From: Tubiluchus corallicola | Taxonomy: Eukaryota; Animalia; Priapulida | DNA: 64,000 nucleotides | Assembly: GCA_030141605.1 (NCBI GenBank) | Contig: JAQGDQ010000565.1 | Span: 75,319 to 139,318, forward strand | Direction: 5' to 3' | Part shown: piece after piece, positions 22,964 to 34,504 of the stretch | Layout of the letters: the number at the start of each line of letters is the position of its first letter | How positions within the stretch are numbered: the stretch's first letter is position 1 | The notes under the pieces: model-generated | Seen by the model: only the letters and a program-made list of their open reading frames with translations | Database searches by the model: none | What the model was told of the DNA's origin: nothing | Position numbers and translations under genes: made by a program

Positions 22964-23905
22964 CGGTGGCGGCTCGTGTACAGAGGTGCAGTGCAACTTC
23001 AGCACCCCCTATTTTCGCTCAATAATATTCAATACGATGAGTCTTTTTTCCTTAGTTCTTTGTTTATAATTGTTTGGAACCAGAGCACGTCTGAGCTCAG
23101 CTAGAAAAAGTACTGTCGCTCACACAGATTGTTTTCAGTTGTCACGCGCTTACCGTGAATGGATCAAGCTTGAACTGCGACAAATTTGACTATTAGTAAG
23201 CAAAAGATATTTTTTGTTTAGGATTTTATTTAAGTTAATATATAAATTTTCGTATGTTTCTTTGTTTAAAATTACAACATAAAACTACATGTGTTTGTTT
23301 CGTTTTACACAACATAAATAAATGTGACGGGAACACAAAAGAATTTCCTTCATAGCATATGGTGTTCTCAGAAATCTTTATTTCTGTATATAAAAAAATG
23401 AAAATAATAAAATTGACTGTTTTCACTGCTTACAAATGTATAATGATCTATTTATTATAACTTAAGACAATAAAAGTAAATATTACTCACATCGTGCGAC
23501 TATAACAACTTAATACATCCTTGGAACGTCATACTGGTTTACAGCAAATCTGGCAGAGACGCTACAAATAATTACTTGAAAATTTATCTAAAAATTATTT
23601 AACGTTTACTGAGGCTTCCGTAAGCGTGTTTAGTGAGGCTCAACCTAATTTGCAACTTCACAGGTAAAATTGCAGGTAAGTTCACATAGGTGCTGCCACC
23701 TACATGTTAAAACCAGAAACGTTTTTATTGCGGTTCAACCTAATTTACAACTTCACAGGTAAAATTGCAGGTAAGTTCACATAGGTGCTGCCACCTACAC
23801 GTTAAGGCCAGAAACTGACCTTAACAATATCAAAACAATGGCTAAAAAATTTCTGAAGCAGCAACCCCCCCCCCCCCCAGTAATTTTAGCTACGATCCGC
23901 CACTG
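22964..23905 (-). mobile_element. Family G DNA transposon, longer copy with ~600 bp extra interior (includes a ~95-bp duplication at 23640-23816)
   Basis: Ends match 4706-5101 inverted; flanks cagccgaatt / cagccgatac. Confidence 0.7.
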
Positions 23906-24954
23906 CAGCCGATACAAAAAGCAAATCCAACCGGCGCGCAACAGATGTCCCTTTCTGCGTCTGTGTTCTTTTCTGTAGCGCAGGGTCTCCCGACAAACTG
24001 CTTACAATCTGACATGATCGTGAGCACATAGGAAGCCATTTTCTACACGTGTAGGAAGCCATTTTATACACGTGTTTGCCATTAACGCTGTCGAACGTCT
24101 GTCTCTGCTGGTGCCAACGTCTAGATCATTTTCCTCAGCATCCAAAACTGCTAATTAGAAGAGGAATCATTACGCGTCTAAGCAACTCGGCTAAGTCTTC
24201 GTGGTTCTTCACGCCCCACTGCGTCTTGCTAGTAAAAACACGTGAAGCTGTGCGGCGGAGACGGTTGTTTGTGTAAGACGATTCCCTGGCGCAGCATAGA
24301 CAGCTGAGACGATAAAGAGTTAAAAGAGTTTGCACTTTGCGAGATTCTCATAGAACTATCAAGCACAAGAAAACCCTCGACTTACATAAAGCTTAAAAAA
24401 TTCGTCTTGAAATCTTATATCGCTTACATACCATCTTTTTACATACAGGGACTTCAATCCGGGATCACGCTGTATAAAACATGTAAATTTAAACTCCCGC
24501 TACGACCGTTAGACGCAGCCATTTTGATGGTAGGTCGTTTGAAACAAGTTTAGATAACATTGAGTAGAGGTTGAAAAAATAAACAGAACATTCGTAGCGC
24601 ACATGTCACTAACTAAGTAAAATTTTAAATTACTGTATCTCGTCAATAAGATTAAAAATATGTTTTTGGTTTCTGAGTTATGCACCCTGGAGGGTGAGTC
24701 AGTGACATTTTACTAATTTGTGGAAAACATTTTAAATAATAAATAATTTTCTTTTCTAGTTACATAAGTCTTTCCAGTAGGTACGCGATAAACCAAGTAA
24801 TATAAATCTGCATGGAAAGTTTTTGGGACATAATTTAACGATGCGGCGGACGGCATTGCTTTGCATACACGTCACGTGACGGTTATAGTTACGTGACGCA
24901 TTGCTGTGGTACACTTAAGCTTTGCCCTACAACAACTGCATGTGCGCATAAGGA

Positions 24955-25462
24955 AACATTACAGTACATTTACATTACGTTACGGTATGTTACAGTACAT
25001 TTACATTACATTACATTACGGTATATTACAATACATTTACATTACATTACATTACATTACATTACATTTAAATTAAATTACATTACGGTACATTACAGTA
25101 CATTTACATTACACTATCTTACATTACATCACGTCACATTAAACTACGTTACATTACACATTACGTTACGTAACATTACACATTACATGACATTACATTC
25201 ATTACATTACATTTACATTACATTACAGTACAGTGAAGTTACACTACCTTACATTATACATTGCATTGCGTTACACATTACATTGCATTATATAACATTA
25301 CATTACATTACATCGCATTACAGTACAGTGAAGTTACACTACCTTACATTACACATTACATTGCGTTACACATTACATTACATTACACATTACAGTGCAT
25401 TTACATTACATTATATGACATTACATTACATTACGTACAGTCTTACAGTAGATTTACATTAA
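24955..25462. repeat. (TACAT)n degenerate microsatellite
   Basis: Directly visible. Confidence 0.95.
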
Positions 25463-25971
25463 CGTAAATAAGAAATGAGAAATTATTTAACAATGTTCGA
25501 ATATTTAACAATATTTCCTTAATAGCCAATTAAATAGTTACTGTTTAACTTTAAAATACAAGCTGGTAAAAGAAGCCAAGTTCTGGCTGTTAAAAGAAGC
25601 CAAGTTATGTTGAGATTTGCGCTTTTCTGGACTGGTTTATTATTTTCTTATCTGTAAGTTTGTTTATACAACTGTTGCAGTCGGAAATGAATGCAGGTTT
25701 TGTGAAACGGCATGGTCGTAAAACAAACAAGAAATCTTTTCAATACAGCGCATCCTAATAATCCGCGTGGCATCAAGGTCGAATGCATGACGTCACCAAG
25801 ATGGCACCAATCAACGGCGACATGATTTGGATCAACAAAATGTACAATGCTGAGTTGCAAGCTACATTTTTAGTTTTATATGGTCTTTTTTTAAATTGTT
25901 ATAAATTTTTCATCTTTTTATTCTCCCTTTTCCGAATTTTTCGGATTTATTTCTCGGCATCTGATACAGTA

Positions 25972-26293
25972 CAATGCGTCTTAACTATAACCGTCACGTG
26001 ACGTGTATGCAAAGCAAAGCCGTCTGCCGCATCGTTCAGTATCTTCAGTTGTTTTACCTGGACTTTGCTTAATTATGCATTAGTCTGTGCATAGAGTGAT
26101 TTACTAGCAGGATCTTGCTAGGGAACAAGAAAATATGAACTAGGTAAGGTTCTAGCTAGCTGTTAAAACTGTTACTATTACAACAGCATGGGCTGCGAGA
26201 CGTTGTCAAGTGTACACAAATGCTTTGTTTCGTACACTTGACCTTTGACCTTTCGCCGATCAAGATCAAATGCTGAAACTGAAAAGATCTATT
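25972..26293 (+). mobile_element. MITE family A partial copy (another piece lies inverted at 24838-24958)
   Basis: Colinear with 57385-57705. Confidence 0.75.
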
Positions 26294-26496
26294 AGCATTT
26301 TTGGCTTGCAAGGTTTGCACATAGGTATGCCTGGCTTCATTAGTGGTTTCTTTCCTACCAGGATATTATCATAATGTGCTAATGTATCGTAAATTTTAAT
26401 AGTGCCCGTTTATGATGCACTAAGGCTATAACTAATGTTTTATCATACAGGGCAATTTTTGGCAGAGTAGTCTCTCTTTGTTTAGCTGTAAATGTT

Positions 26497-28110
26497 ACTA
26501 GCTTTGCCTAAGACTTATTGTCTTCTGTCCACTGTCCCATTGCCTGACACTGTATTGTATTGAGCACAGTTTTGCCTAAGACTTAGTGTCTTCTGTCCAC
26601 TGTCCCATTGCTGGACACTGTATTGTATTGGGCACAGTTTTGCCTAAGACTTAGTGTCTTCTGTCCACTGTCCCAATTGCTTGACACTGTATTGTATTGA
26701 GCACAGTTTTGCCTAAGACTTAGTTTCTTCTGTCCACTGTCCCATTGCTTGACACTGTATTGTATTGAGCACAGCTTTGCCTGAGACTTAGTGTCTTCTG
26801 TCCACTGTCCACTGTCCCATTGCTTGACACTGTATCGTATTGAGCACAGTTTTGCCTAAGACTTAGTGTCTTCTGTCCACTGTCCCATTGCTTGACACTG
26901 TATTGTATTGAGCACAGTTTTGCCTAAGACTTAGTGTCTTCTGTCCACTGTCCCATTGCTTGACACTGTATTGTATTGAGCACAGTTTTGCCTAAGACTT
27001 AGTGTCTTCTGTCCACTGTCTCATTGCTTGACACTGTATTGTATTGAGCACAGCTTTGCCTGAGACTTAGTGTCTTCTGTCCACTGTCCCATTGCCTGAC
27101 ACTGTATTGTATTGAGCACAGTTTTGCCTAAGACTTAGTGTCTTCTGTCCACTGTCCCATTGCTTGACACTGTATTGTATTGAGCACAGCTTTGCCTGAG
27201 ACTTAGTGTCTTCTGTCCACTGTCCACTGTCCCATTGCTTGACACTGTATTGTATTGAGCACAGTTTTGCCTAAGACTTAGTGTCTTCTGTCCACTGTCC
27301 CATTGCTTGACACTGTATTGTATTGAGCACAGTTGTGCCTAAGACTTAGTGTCTTCTGTCCACTGTCCCATTGCTTGACACTCCATTGTATTGAGCACAG
27401 CTTTGCCTGAGACTTAGTGTCTTCTGTCCACTGTCCCATTGCCTGACACTGTATTGTATTGTATTGAGCACAGTTTTGCCAAAGACTTAGTGTCTTCTGT
27501 CCACTGTCCCATTGCTTGACACTGTATTGTATTGAGCACAGCTTTGCCTAAGACTTATTGTCTTCTGTCCACTGTCCCATTGCTTGCCACTGTATTGTAT
27601 TGAGCACAGTTTTGCCTGAGACTTAGTGTCTTCTGTCCACTGTCCCATTGCTTGCCACTGTATTGTATTGAGCACAGTTTTGCGTGAGACTTAGTGTCTT
27701 CTGTTCACTGTCCCATTGCTTGACACTGTATTGTATTGAGCACAGCTTTGCCTGAGACTTAGTGTCTTCTGTCCACTGTCCCATTGCCTGACACTGTATT
27801 GTATTGAGCACAGTTTTGCCTAAGACTTAGTGTCTTCTGTCCACTGTCCCATTGCTTGACACTGTATTGTATTGAGCACAGCTTTGCCTGAGACTTAGTG
27901 TCTTCTGTCCACTGTCCACTGTCCCATTGCTTGACACTGTATTGTATTGAGCACAGTTTTGCCTAAGACTTAGTGTCTTCTGTCCACTTTCCCATTGCTT
28001 GACACTGTATTGTATTGAGCACAGTTTTGCCTAAGACTTAGTGTCTTCTGTCCACTGTCCCATTGCTTGACACTCTATTGTATTGAGCACAGCTTTGCCT
28101 GAGACTTAGT
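26497..28110. repeat. 68-bp satellite, left block (~23 units)
   Basis: Unit gacttagtgtcttctgtccactgtcccattgcttgacactgtattgtattgagcacagttttgcctaa. Confidence 0.97.
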
Positions 28111-29395
28111 TGTAATGGGGCGGATCTCACAATCAAGTATGAGCAATCAGCGCTCTTATTGTTTGGTAGCGTGTGTCATACTACTCAGTTTTTACTCAAT
28201 ATATTTCTTGAACACAAAACGTGAAACTAATTTTATGCAGTTTTTATGATAAGATAAGCCTTTAATATTCATAAATGTTGATAATATAAAATTAGTTCAA
28301 ACCAAATGACAGCAGTTAATTTGTACCCGGGTACCCATTCAATAAACATGTATTGCTACACTACTCAAAGTTTACTGACCGGTAATACTTTCAGATGCTA
28401 CAAACAATACCCAAAAATTACCTTTGGCTAACAAAATAAAATAATCTAACAGTTCACCAACGCTTGTTAATAGTATGTCCATAAAGTAAAGCTCCATCCA
28501 CACGAGGTTGTAATGTAAGCTATCAGCACTTTGAACTGAGTCTTAGTTTTACCAGCCACTGCCAGTCGAAGCAAGTATCGTTGTACAAAAGGAAGCAACA
28601 GGCGGTGGCCTAGTAGTTAAACAAAAGAAACGAGAATTTATCACTTACAGTCTCAGCATCAATGAAAGCATACGTCTGCAATACTTATCGGCGGCAGCAC
28701 GACGACGAAGGTGGCGGATCCACAACATCGGTGTGCACACCCGGGTGTTTAGAGCATAGCTGAACTGCGAAGTCATAAGCAGATGGGAGTCGTTCTCGGA
28801 AGCGTCCTGCGTTGGTAGAACGGTAGTTTGGTTTTTCACGTCAGATGTCACAACGTAACTCGATGTAAGCAAATGGAGAACTGGGCTTGATACTAGAACT
28901 GCCCACACAAATAGTCACTAACACGTAGTTGGAACTTTCACTAAACATTAGCGTTTGGTAGAGCCAGCTAAAGTTGCACGATTTATATGCAAAGAAGCAA
29001 AACAAAAGTAAAAAAAACTGTCCAGCATTATATCTGCCCACAAGTCACTCTTGCCAAGAGCCACGTCGTTCCCTACACATCTGTGTGAAAAGACCTCTAA
29101 AGCCGGTTGTCTAATAGTCTGGCTTCAATAACACTATAGCAGGATAACCCGTATTTGCATATCCGTTCGACGAGTTTACCCTAGATTTGACCTATGCGCA
29201 TAACTAAAGTGTAACACCTGGTTTATACATTGAACAGCTATAAGCAACAATTTTATACAGCCCAAACTAAATTACGTATACTACCGTAAAGTTTACATTG
29301 GCTAGAAAAACATATCTCGTTCTACAACGAAGTTAAGTTAGTAATAACTAAATCTAGTTACAAATACAAAGATATATGCTAAGCTGGTCGTTACA
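28111..29395 (-). repeat. 3' LTR (1285 bp)
   Basis: Near-identical to 34505-35794; PPT-like AAATTAGGGGGCTG directly upstream on the minus strand (29396-29409). Confidence 0.96.
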
Positions 29396-29487
29396 CAGCC
29401 CCCTAATTTGAAGACTATTATTCTCATGGAATCATAGGCTATTCCATTTCGATCAGCGCCTGCATTATCTTTGGTTCTTGGGTATGG

Positions 29488-29958
29488 TTACGCGGCAGTG
29501 TCAGGCTTATCAGCTTCCCAGTTGCGTGATAGACCGTCTGCGATGTTGGCCTTACCCTTGATATACCCAATCCGGAATGTGTATTCCTGTAGGATTAATG
29601 ACCAACGGGCCAGCTTACGGTTCTTCCCTTTCATCCTTTGCAACCAAGTGAGACACTGATGGTCTGAACGGATGACGAACTGCCTTCCCAGAAGATAGTA
29701 ACTCAGTTTTTGCACTGCCCAGACTATTGCAAGGAGTTCCAGTTCCACCACTGCATAGTTTGACTCTGGTTTAGTTAATTTCCGGCTGATATAAGTTATG
29801 GCCCGCTCATTCCCTTCATCTGTCTTTTGGGACAGAATGCCTCCAAGGCCTGTGGTTGATGCATCTACAGTCAAGAGGAATTCTTTGCTGAAATCTGGTG
29901 CTCCTAGAAAGGTATCTGAGGTAACTGCCTCCCGGAGCTGAATGAATGCAGATTCACA
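29488..29958 (-). CDS. pol: RT connection/RNase H segment of pol, out of frame with the main ORF
   Basis: LTVDASTTGLGGILSQ, NYAVVELELLAIVWAV, RSDHQCL and NIADGLSR are Ty3/Gypsy RNase H motifs. Confidence 0.9.
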   Translation of the reverse strand, partial: CESAFIQLREAVTSDTFLGAPDFSKEFLLTVDASTTGLGGILSQKTDEGNERAITYISRKLTKPESNYAVVELELLAIVWAVQKLSYYLLGRQFVIRSDHQCLTWLQRMKGKNRKLARWSLILQEYTFRIGYIKGKANIADGLSRNWEADKPDTAA

Positions 29959-32900
29959 CAACATCGTTGGGCCTATGCTTCTTTGTAAGTTCGTACAGCG
30001 GAGTGGCTATGCTACTAAAGCCTGGAACAAAGGAACGATAGAAGCCAATAAAGCCGAGGAAACTTCGAACTTCTTTTTTTGTCTTGGGTCGAGGAAAATG
30101 TTTAATAAGCTCCAGTTTATCTGATTGTGGTCGCAGGACATCTTGTCCAACCACATGTCCTAAAAAGTCGACTTTGCTCAAAGCGAACGCACACTTCTTT
30201 GGCTTGATGGTAAGCTTGGCCCTAAATACCCGCGAAAGAATATCATCAACATGCTTTAAATGTTGTGACCAATCTGGGCTCCAAATGACTGTGTCATCTA
30301 TGTAGCCTCTCGCAAAATGAGGAGATCCTTCCAGGAGTCTATCCATGAGTTTTTGGCAGGTTGCGGCCGCATTAACCAAGCCAAAAGGCATCACGAGAAA
30401 CTCCCACTGTCCCCAAGGTAGAACGAATGATGATAGCTTGCGTGAATCGGGGTGCAATGGTATTTGCCAATACCCTTTGGTTAAATCCAACTTCGTCATA
30501 TACTTGGCTCCATGCATATTGCTGAGCAATTCCTGCATATTTGGGATTGGGTATGGGTCAAAGGTTGTGACTTCATTGAGCTTGATGTAGTTAACACAAA
30601 ATCGGATAGTCCCATCCTTTTTGGGAACAACTACAACTGGACTTGTTGTACTGGAGTCTGACTTCTGGATTATACCCAGCTTAATCATCTCATCGACTTC
30701 TCTCCGAAGTGCTTCTTCTTGTGCTTTTGGCACACGATATGGAGCTTGACGAATAGGCTTATAGTCTTTAGGAACAAAAATCTCGTGCTGTATCAGATCT
30801 GTGCAACCTGGCACATCTGAAAACACATCAGCATGTTTACGAAATATGTGTATCAGCTGCTGCTTCTGAGTCTTGGAGAGGTGGTCGGGTATGCTAATAT
30901 CATCCACACTTTGTGTTTGTTGTGTAACTGGTGGAAACATATGCTCCTGTACCTCGCCTTCCTGATACGTCTCATTGCCTTTTCCCGGAGTGGCTATAGA
31001 CAGCATCACATGACCTTCAGTGCGCTCTACCCAAGGGCGTAGTAGGTTTATGTGGAAGCATTTCTGCCGATGCTTCTTACCACGAAAAGCAATTTTATAG
31101 ACTTGGTCAGACACCTTTTCCAACACTTGGTATGGTCCTTTCCATACACGTTGCAGCTTCTTTGTACTCTTTGGCAACAAAACCAAGACTTTACTGCCTA
31201 CTTCTAAAGATCTTTCCCGTGCTTTCTGATCGTACCACTTCTTTTGAGCGAGTTGTGCTTCACGCAGTGACTCGTGAGCTTCATTGGTCACCTGTTCCAT
31301 CCGATCCATGAGCTCTTGCACAAAAGTGTGGACATCTGTCAGCTGCTTGGGTCTCTGTAAGTCAAATCTCTCACGTAACATAGCTAATGGGCCTCTGATC
31401 GGAAACCCGTACACCATCTCGAATGGTGAGTATGAGGTAGAACTTTGGGGACAATCCCGGTATGCAAAAAGTACTAGCGGAATAAGTTCGTCCCACTCCC
31501 AGGATCCTGCACTCATCTGGAGCTTTCGAATTGATGTCTTCAAAGTTTGATTGTACCTCTCAGTCAGGCCAGATGTCTGAGGATGATATGGAGTAGCCAA
31601 TATACCTCGTGTACCTAGCACAGCCTCCAGATCCTGTAGGACTTGTGAAACAAAAGCCGGACCTTGATCGGTTACAATCTCCATCGGTATACCATATGTT
31701 GCTATGTAACGTAGTAGGGCCTTTACGGTGCACTCAGCCGTCTGTGACTTTGTTGGATAAACTTCCGGGTATCTGGTGCAATAGTCAGTTATCACTAGTG
31801 CATACTTATTACCACTTTTCGTACGTGCAAGTGGCCCCATATAATCCATTGACACTTTCTGGAAGGGTAGTTGATCCACAGAGATTGGTCGCAGTTTGAC
31901 TCGGTCTGCAGTCCTTCTCTTCGAACATTTCTGGCATATTGGGCAACTACGTACGTAAGCTCTTATGTCGCTATGTACTTGTGGCCAAAAGAACATGCTC
32001 AGCACCTTCTGTGTTGTCTTTTGTATTCCAAAATGTGCTGCCAGTTTATTGTCGTGAGCTATTTTCAGTACTTCAGCTCTCCTCTCTTTTGGCAGGACTA
32101 TCAAGCTTTTCCCTTCCTTGTCTTTGGCTCGTCTCAGGAAAAGCAGAAGTAGACCATCTTTTATGTAGTAACCTTTGCCTAACTGTACAGCTTCCTCTTC
32201 TGGAATTACACTGTCGAACAGTGGCTTCAGCGTTACGCACCCTTGTTGCTGCTGTCTGAGTTTGTCACGGTCCTCGCCGGCACAAAATGGCTTTTTGTCT
32301 AGCACGCTATTCAGCTCATCTTCTGGGGCCGCATCATGTTGGTCTTCTTCCTGCAGTTTCTTTGCTTGGGCTCTAGTCATCACTTGTGTCTTGATGTCAG
32401 CATCAATGTCTCTATGTGAACTACATGGGTCACCACTGCTTGCCACCTCAGCCACATTTGCTATTGTAGGCCTAGCATTGGTGGGTTTCTTTGTGACTTT
32501 CCTTGTCTGTGGTTTCTTCAACTGAGAACTAGACGTCTGGGTACTAGAACTGGTGCAATGGTCTTCTCTCTGTGAAACATCATTTGGGAGCCTCTTCCCT
32601 ACCATGGATTTTGGGATGAAGGTTTCCATATAGTTGTTTCCTAGAAGACAATCTGATGGCAGTTTGTCTTGAACCACGAACTCTAATTCTCCAGTCACCA
32701 CCTGGCTCTCTATTGGCAGTCTTGCCACTTCACATGGGCGTCGATCACCATGACCGCACAATATGTCGACTGTTCGTCCGGGTACTAGCTGCTCAACATT
32801 GACATAGCGACGATGTATGCAGTTTACGTTAGCCCCTGTGTCACGCTGTACATCGACTTTGTAGCTATTTATTCGAGCTGGAAAACAGTATGGTTCATCT

Positions 32901-34357
32901 TTACCATAAGTGATTCCGTCAGTGGAGGGGAGTTCAGTGTACTGGATCTGTCCTCTTATGGCATTCGTCCTAGCCATTGGCATATTTGCTTTGGGTGGAC
33001 GTTTTGCTCTAGGACAGCTAGCTGCATAATGTCCATATCCACCGCAGTTGAAGCATCTTGCTGACTTCTGGAGGCTCTCAGCCTCACGTGGCTCATCTAC
33101 TGGCTTGTTATTCTTGCTGGACCGATGCTGCTTCATTGGCTTACCCCTGCTACTGTAGTGTGATTGCTTATCTAAATCTAATCCTTCAGAGTATGCATAG
33201 TAGTCACATTTGATAGCAACATCTTCAAAGCCTATTATGTTATTCCGTCGCACCCATCTGGCGATCTGTGGGGGAACACGACTTAATGCTTGCTCCAGAT
33301 AGAACAAATCTTTTGCTTGTTCCAATGTCTGAACATTAGCTGCTTGTAGCCAAAGATTCCCTGCATTTTTAACTCGGGTAAAATACGCACGGTAACACTC
33401 ATCCACACCTCGTGTCACTTTCCGGAAGGTTTGACGATAGTAATCTGGAGTCAAGGAGAAGAAAGAAAGAACACACTCTTTGATCTTGTCATAGTCCTGC
33501 AAGTCTCCCTGGGGGACACAGTTGTAAGCACGGAGGGCTTTAGTATGTCCTGCTAAGGCACGAGATAGGACACATGGCCAATCTTTCTTGGGTATCCTGT
33601 TTACCACCAGACAGCGCTCCAAGTAGCTAAAGTATTCAGCTAGATCCGGTTCCTGTGACCCTTCTCCAAAGTATTTAATCTTTAGACTCTCATGTCTTGG
33701 AGTAGATCTATCTTCAATAGCTCCCTCTTGGGTATTAGCTGCAGTACAACGTGGATGCCTGGATTCTGATGTGGCTGCCATCTCAGATTCGAAAGACAGA
33801 CTCATCTTGTGTAGCTGCAATGCGTGTTGACGTTCCTTAGCCCGTTCTTCACTTTCATGTTTCATACGTTCGCGTTGAAATTCCAGCAGCATTGCAAGCC
33901 GCTCTGCATCGAATCCAGCATACTGGGCTAAATCCACATCTGGTAATTGGCCTACACTCACATGGGCAGGTTGTCGTTTACCTCTAGGTGGTAGATCCAT
34001 GCACAAAGGGTCAGGATCTCCTGCCATTATATCCAATTCTGGAGGTGGTGATTCATCTGCTAGCTGTTGGACAGGGTCTTCTTCTTCAGCGTGAGAAGAC
34101 TGTGTCACTTCATCTAATTTATGTGCACCATCTTCGGATTTGGCACCAGGCTGATATCCAGTGATGGAGCCACTTTCCATCATTTTAGGATCCAAAGCTG
34201 GCGGTCTCCTAATGGTCTGACTATGCAAAATAGATGAAATCAGCTGCTCGCGGTTACGTCTTTCATAAACCAGATTACGGCTATGCGCTATTCCTCGAAG
34301 TGCTTCAGGACTAAGTAGTTCCAATTGGGGGCGGGTAAGTTCAATGTATCCTTCCAT
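29954..34357 (-). CDS. gag-pol: Gag-Pol polyprotein (SCAN-like capsid, CCHC knuckle, protease, integrase, RT), 1467 aa
   Basis: PDYYRQTFR..WL..LEQAL..RWV; CFNCGGYGHYAASC; RDTGA; HHCC plus DYMGP/TDQG/ERYNQTLK plus WKGPY; then LDLTKGYWQ, MPFGL, YIDD. Confidence 0.96.
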   Translation of the reverse strand: MEGYIELTRPQLELLSPEALRGIAHSRNLVYERRNREQLISSILHSQTIRRPPALDPKMMESGSITGYQPGAKSEDGAHKLDEVTQSSHAEEEDPVQQLADESPPPELDIMAGDPDPLCMDLPPRGKRQPAHVSVGQLPDVDLAQYAGFDAERLAMLLEFQRERMKHESEERAKERQHALQLHKMSLSFESEMAATSESRHPRCTAANTQEGAIEDRSTPRHESLKIKYFGEGSQEPDLAEYFSYLERCLVVNRIPKKDWPCVLSRALAGHTKALRAYNCVPQGDLQDYDKIKECVLSFFSLTPDYYRQTFRKVTRGVDECYRAYFTRVKNAGNLWLQAANVQTLEQAKDLFYLEQALSRVPPQIARWVRRNNIIGFEDVAIKCDYYAYSEGLDLDKQSHYSSRGKPMKQHRSSKNNKPVDEPREAESLQKSARCFNCGGYGHYAASCPRAKRPPKANMPMARTNAIRGQIQYTELPSTDGITYGKDEPYCFPARINSYKVDVQRDTGANVNCIHRRYVNVEQLVPGRTVDILCGHGDRRPCEVARLPIESQVVTGELEFVVQDKLPSDCLLGNNYMETFIPKSMVGKRLPNDVSQREDHCTSSSTQTSSSQLKKPQTRKVTKKPTNARPTIANVAEVASSGDPCSSHRDIDADIKTQVMTRAQAKKLQEEDQHDAAPEDELNSVLDKKPFCAGEDRDKLRQQQQGCVTLKPLFDSVIPEEEAVQLGKGYYIKDGLLLLFLRRAKDKEGKSLIVLPKERRAEVLKIAHDNKLAAHFGIQKTTQKVLSMFFWPQVHSDIRAYVRSCPICQKCSKRRTADRVKLRPISVDQLPFQKVSMDYMGPLARTKSGNKYALVITDYCTRYPEVYPTKSQTAECTVKALLRYIATYGIPMEIVTDQGPAFVSQVLQDLEAVLGTRGILATPYHPQTSGLTERYNQTLKTSIRKLQMSAGSWEWDELIPLVLFAYRDCPQSSTSYSPFEMVYGFPIRGPLAMLRERFDLQRPKQLTDVHTFVQELMDRMEQVTNEAHESLREAQLAQKKWYDQKARERSLEVGSKVLVLLPKSTKKLQRVWKGPYQVLEKVSDQVYKIAFRGKKHRQKCFHINLLRPWVERTEGHVMLSIATPGKGNETYQEGEVQEHMFPPVTQQTQSVDDISIPDHLSKTQKQQLIHIFRKHADVFSDVPGCTDLIQHEIFVPKDYKPIRQAPYRVPKAQEEALRREVDEMIKLGIIQKSDSSTTSPVVVVPKKDGTIRFCVNYIKLNEVTTFDPYPIPNMQELLSNMHGAKYMTKLDLTKGYWQIPLHPDSRKLSSFVLPWGQWEFLVMPFGLVNAAATCQKLMDRLLEGSPHFARGYIDDTVIWSPDWSQHLKHVDDILSRVFRAKLTIKPKKCAFALSKVDFLGHVVGQDVLRPQSDKLELIKHFPRPKTKKEVRSFLGFIGFYRSFVPGFSSIATPLYELTKKHRPNDVV

Positions 34358-34485
34358 TTGAAAAAGTTACAATGCGCTGAAAAACATCTAGATAACTAGA
34401 AACAATGAGCATTAAACCAATGCCTAAATAACATATCAATTTTTCAAAACTAAATGAATAGAATGTCTGGCGTAATTGAGATCTG

Positions 34486-34503
34486 ATCCCACCGCTGCCA
34501 CCA
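34486..34503 (-). other. Primer-binding site complementary to the tRNA-Leu (AAG/UAG) 3' end
   Basis: TGGTGGCAGCGGTGGGAT lies 1 nt from the 5' LTR; its complement ATCCCACCGCTGCCA+CCA is the metazoan tRNA-Leu 3' end. Confidence 0.9.
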
Positions 34504-34504
34504 G

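Noticed and set aside
28645-28908. 87-aa ORF present in both LTRs (also 35044-35307)
   Set aside because: Its duplication only reflects LTR identity; non-ATG start and no recognisable motif.
30084-33064. Plus-strand ORFs overlapping gag-pol (and those over the TRIM CDS)
   Set aside because: Antisense shadows of real coding sequence.
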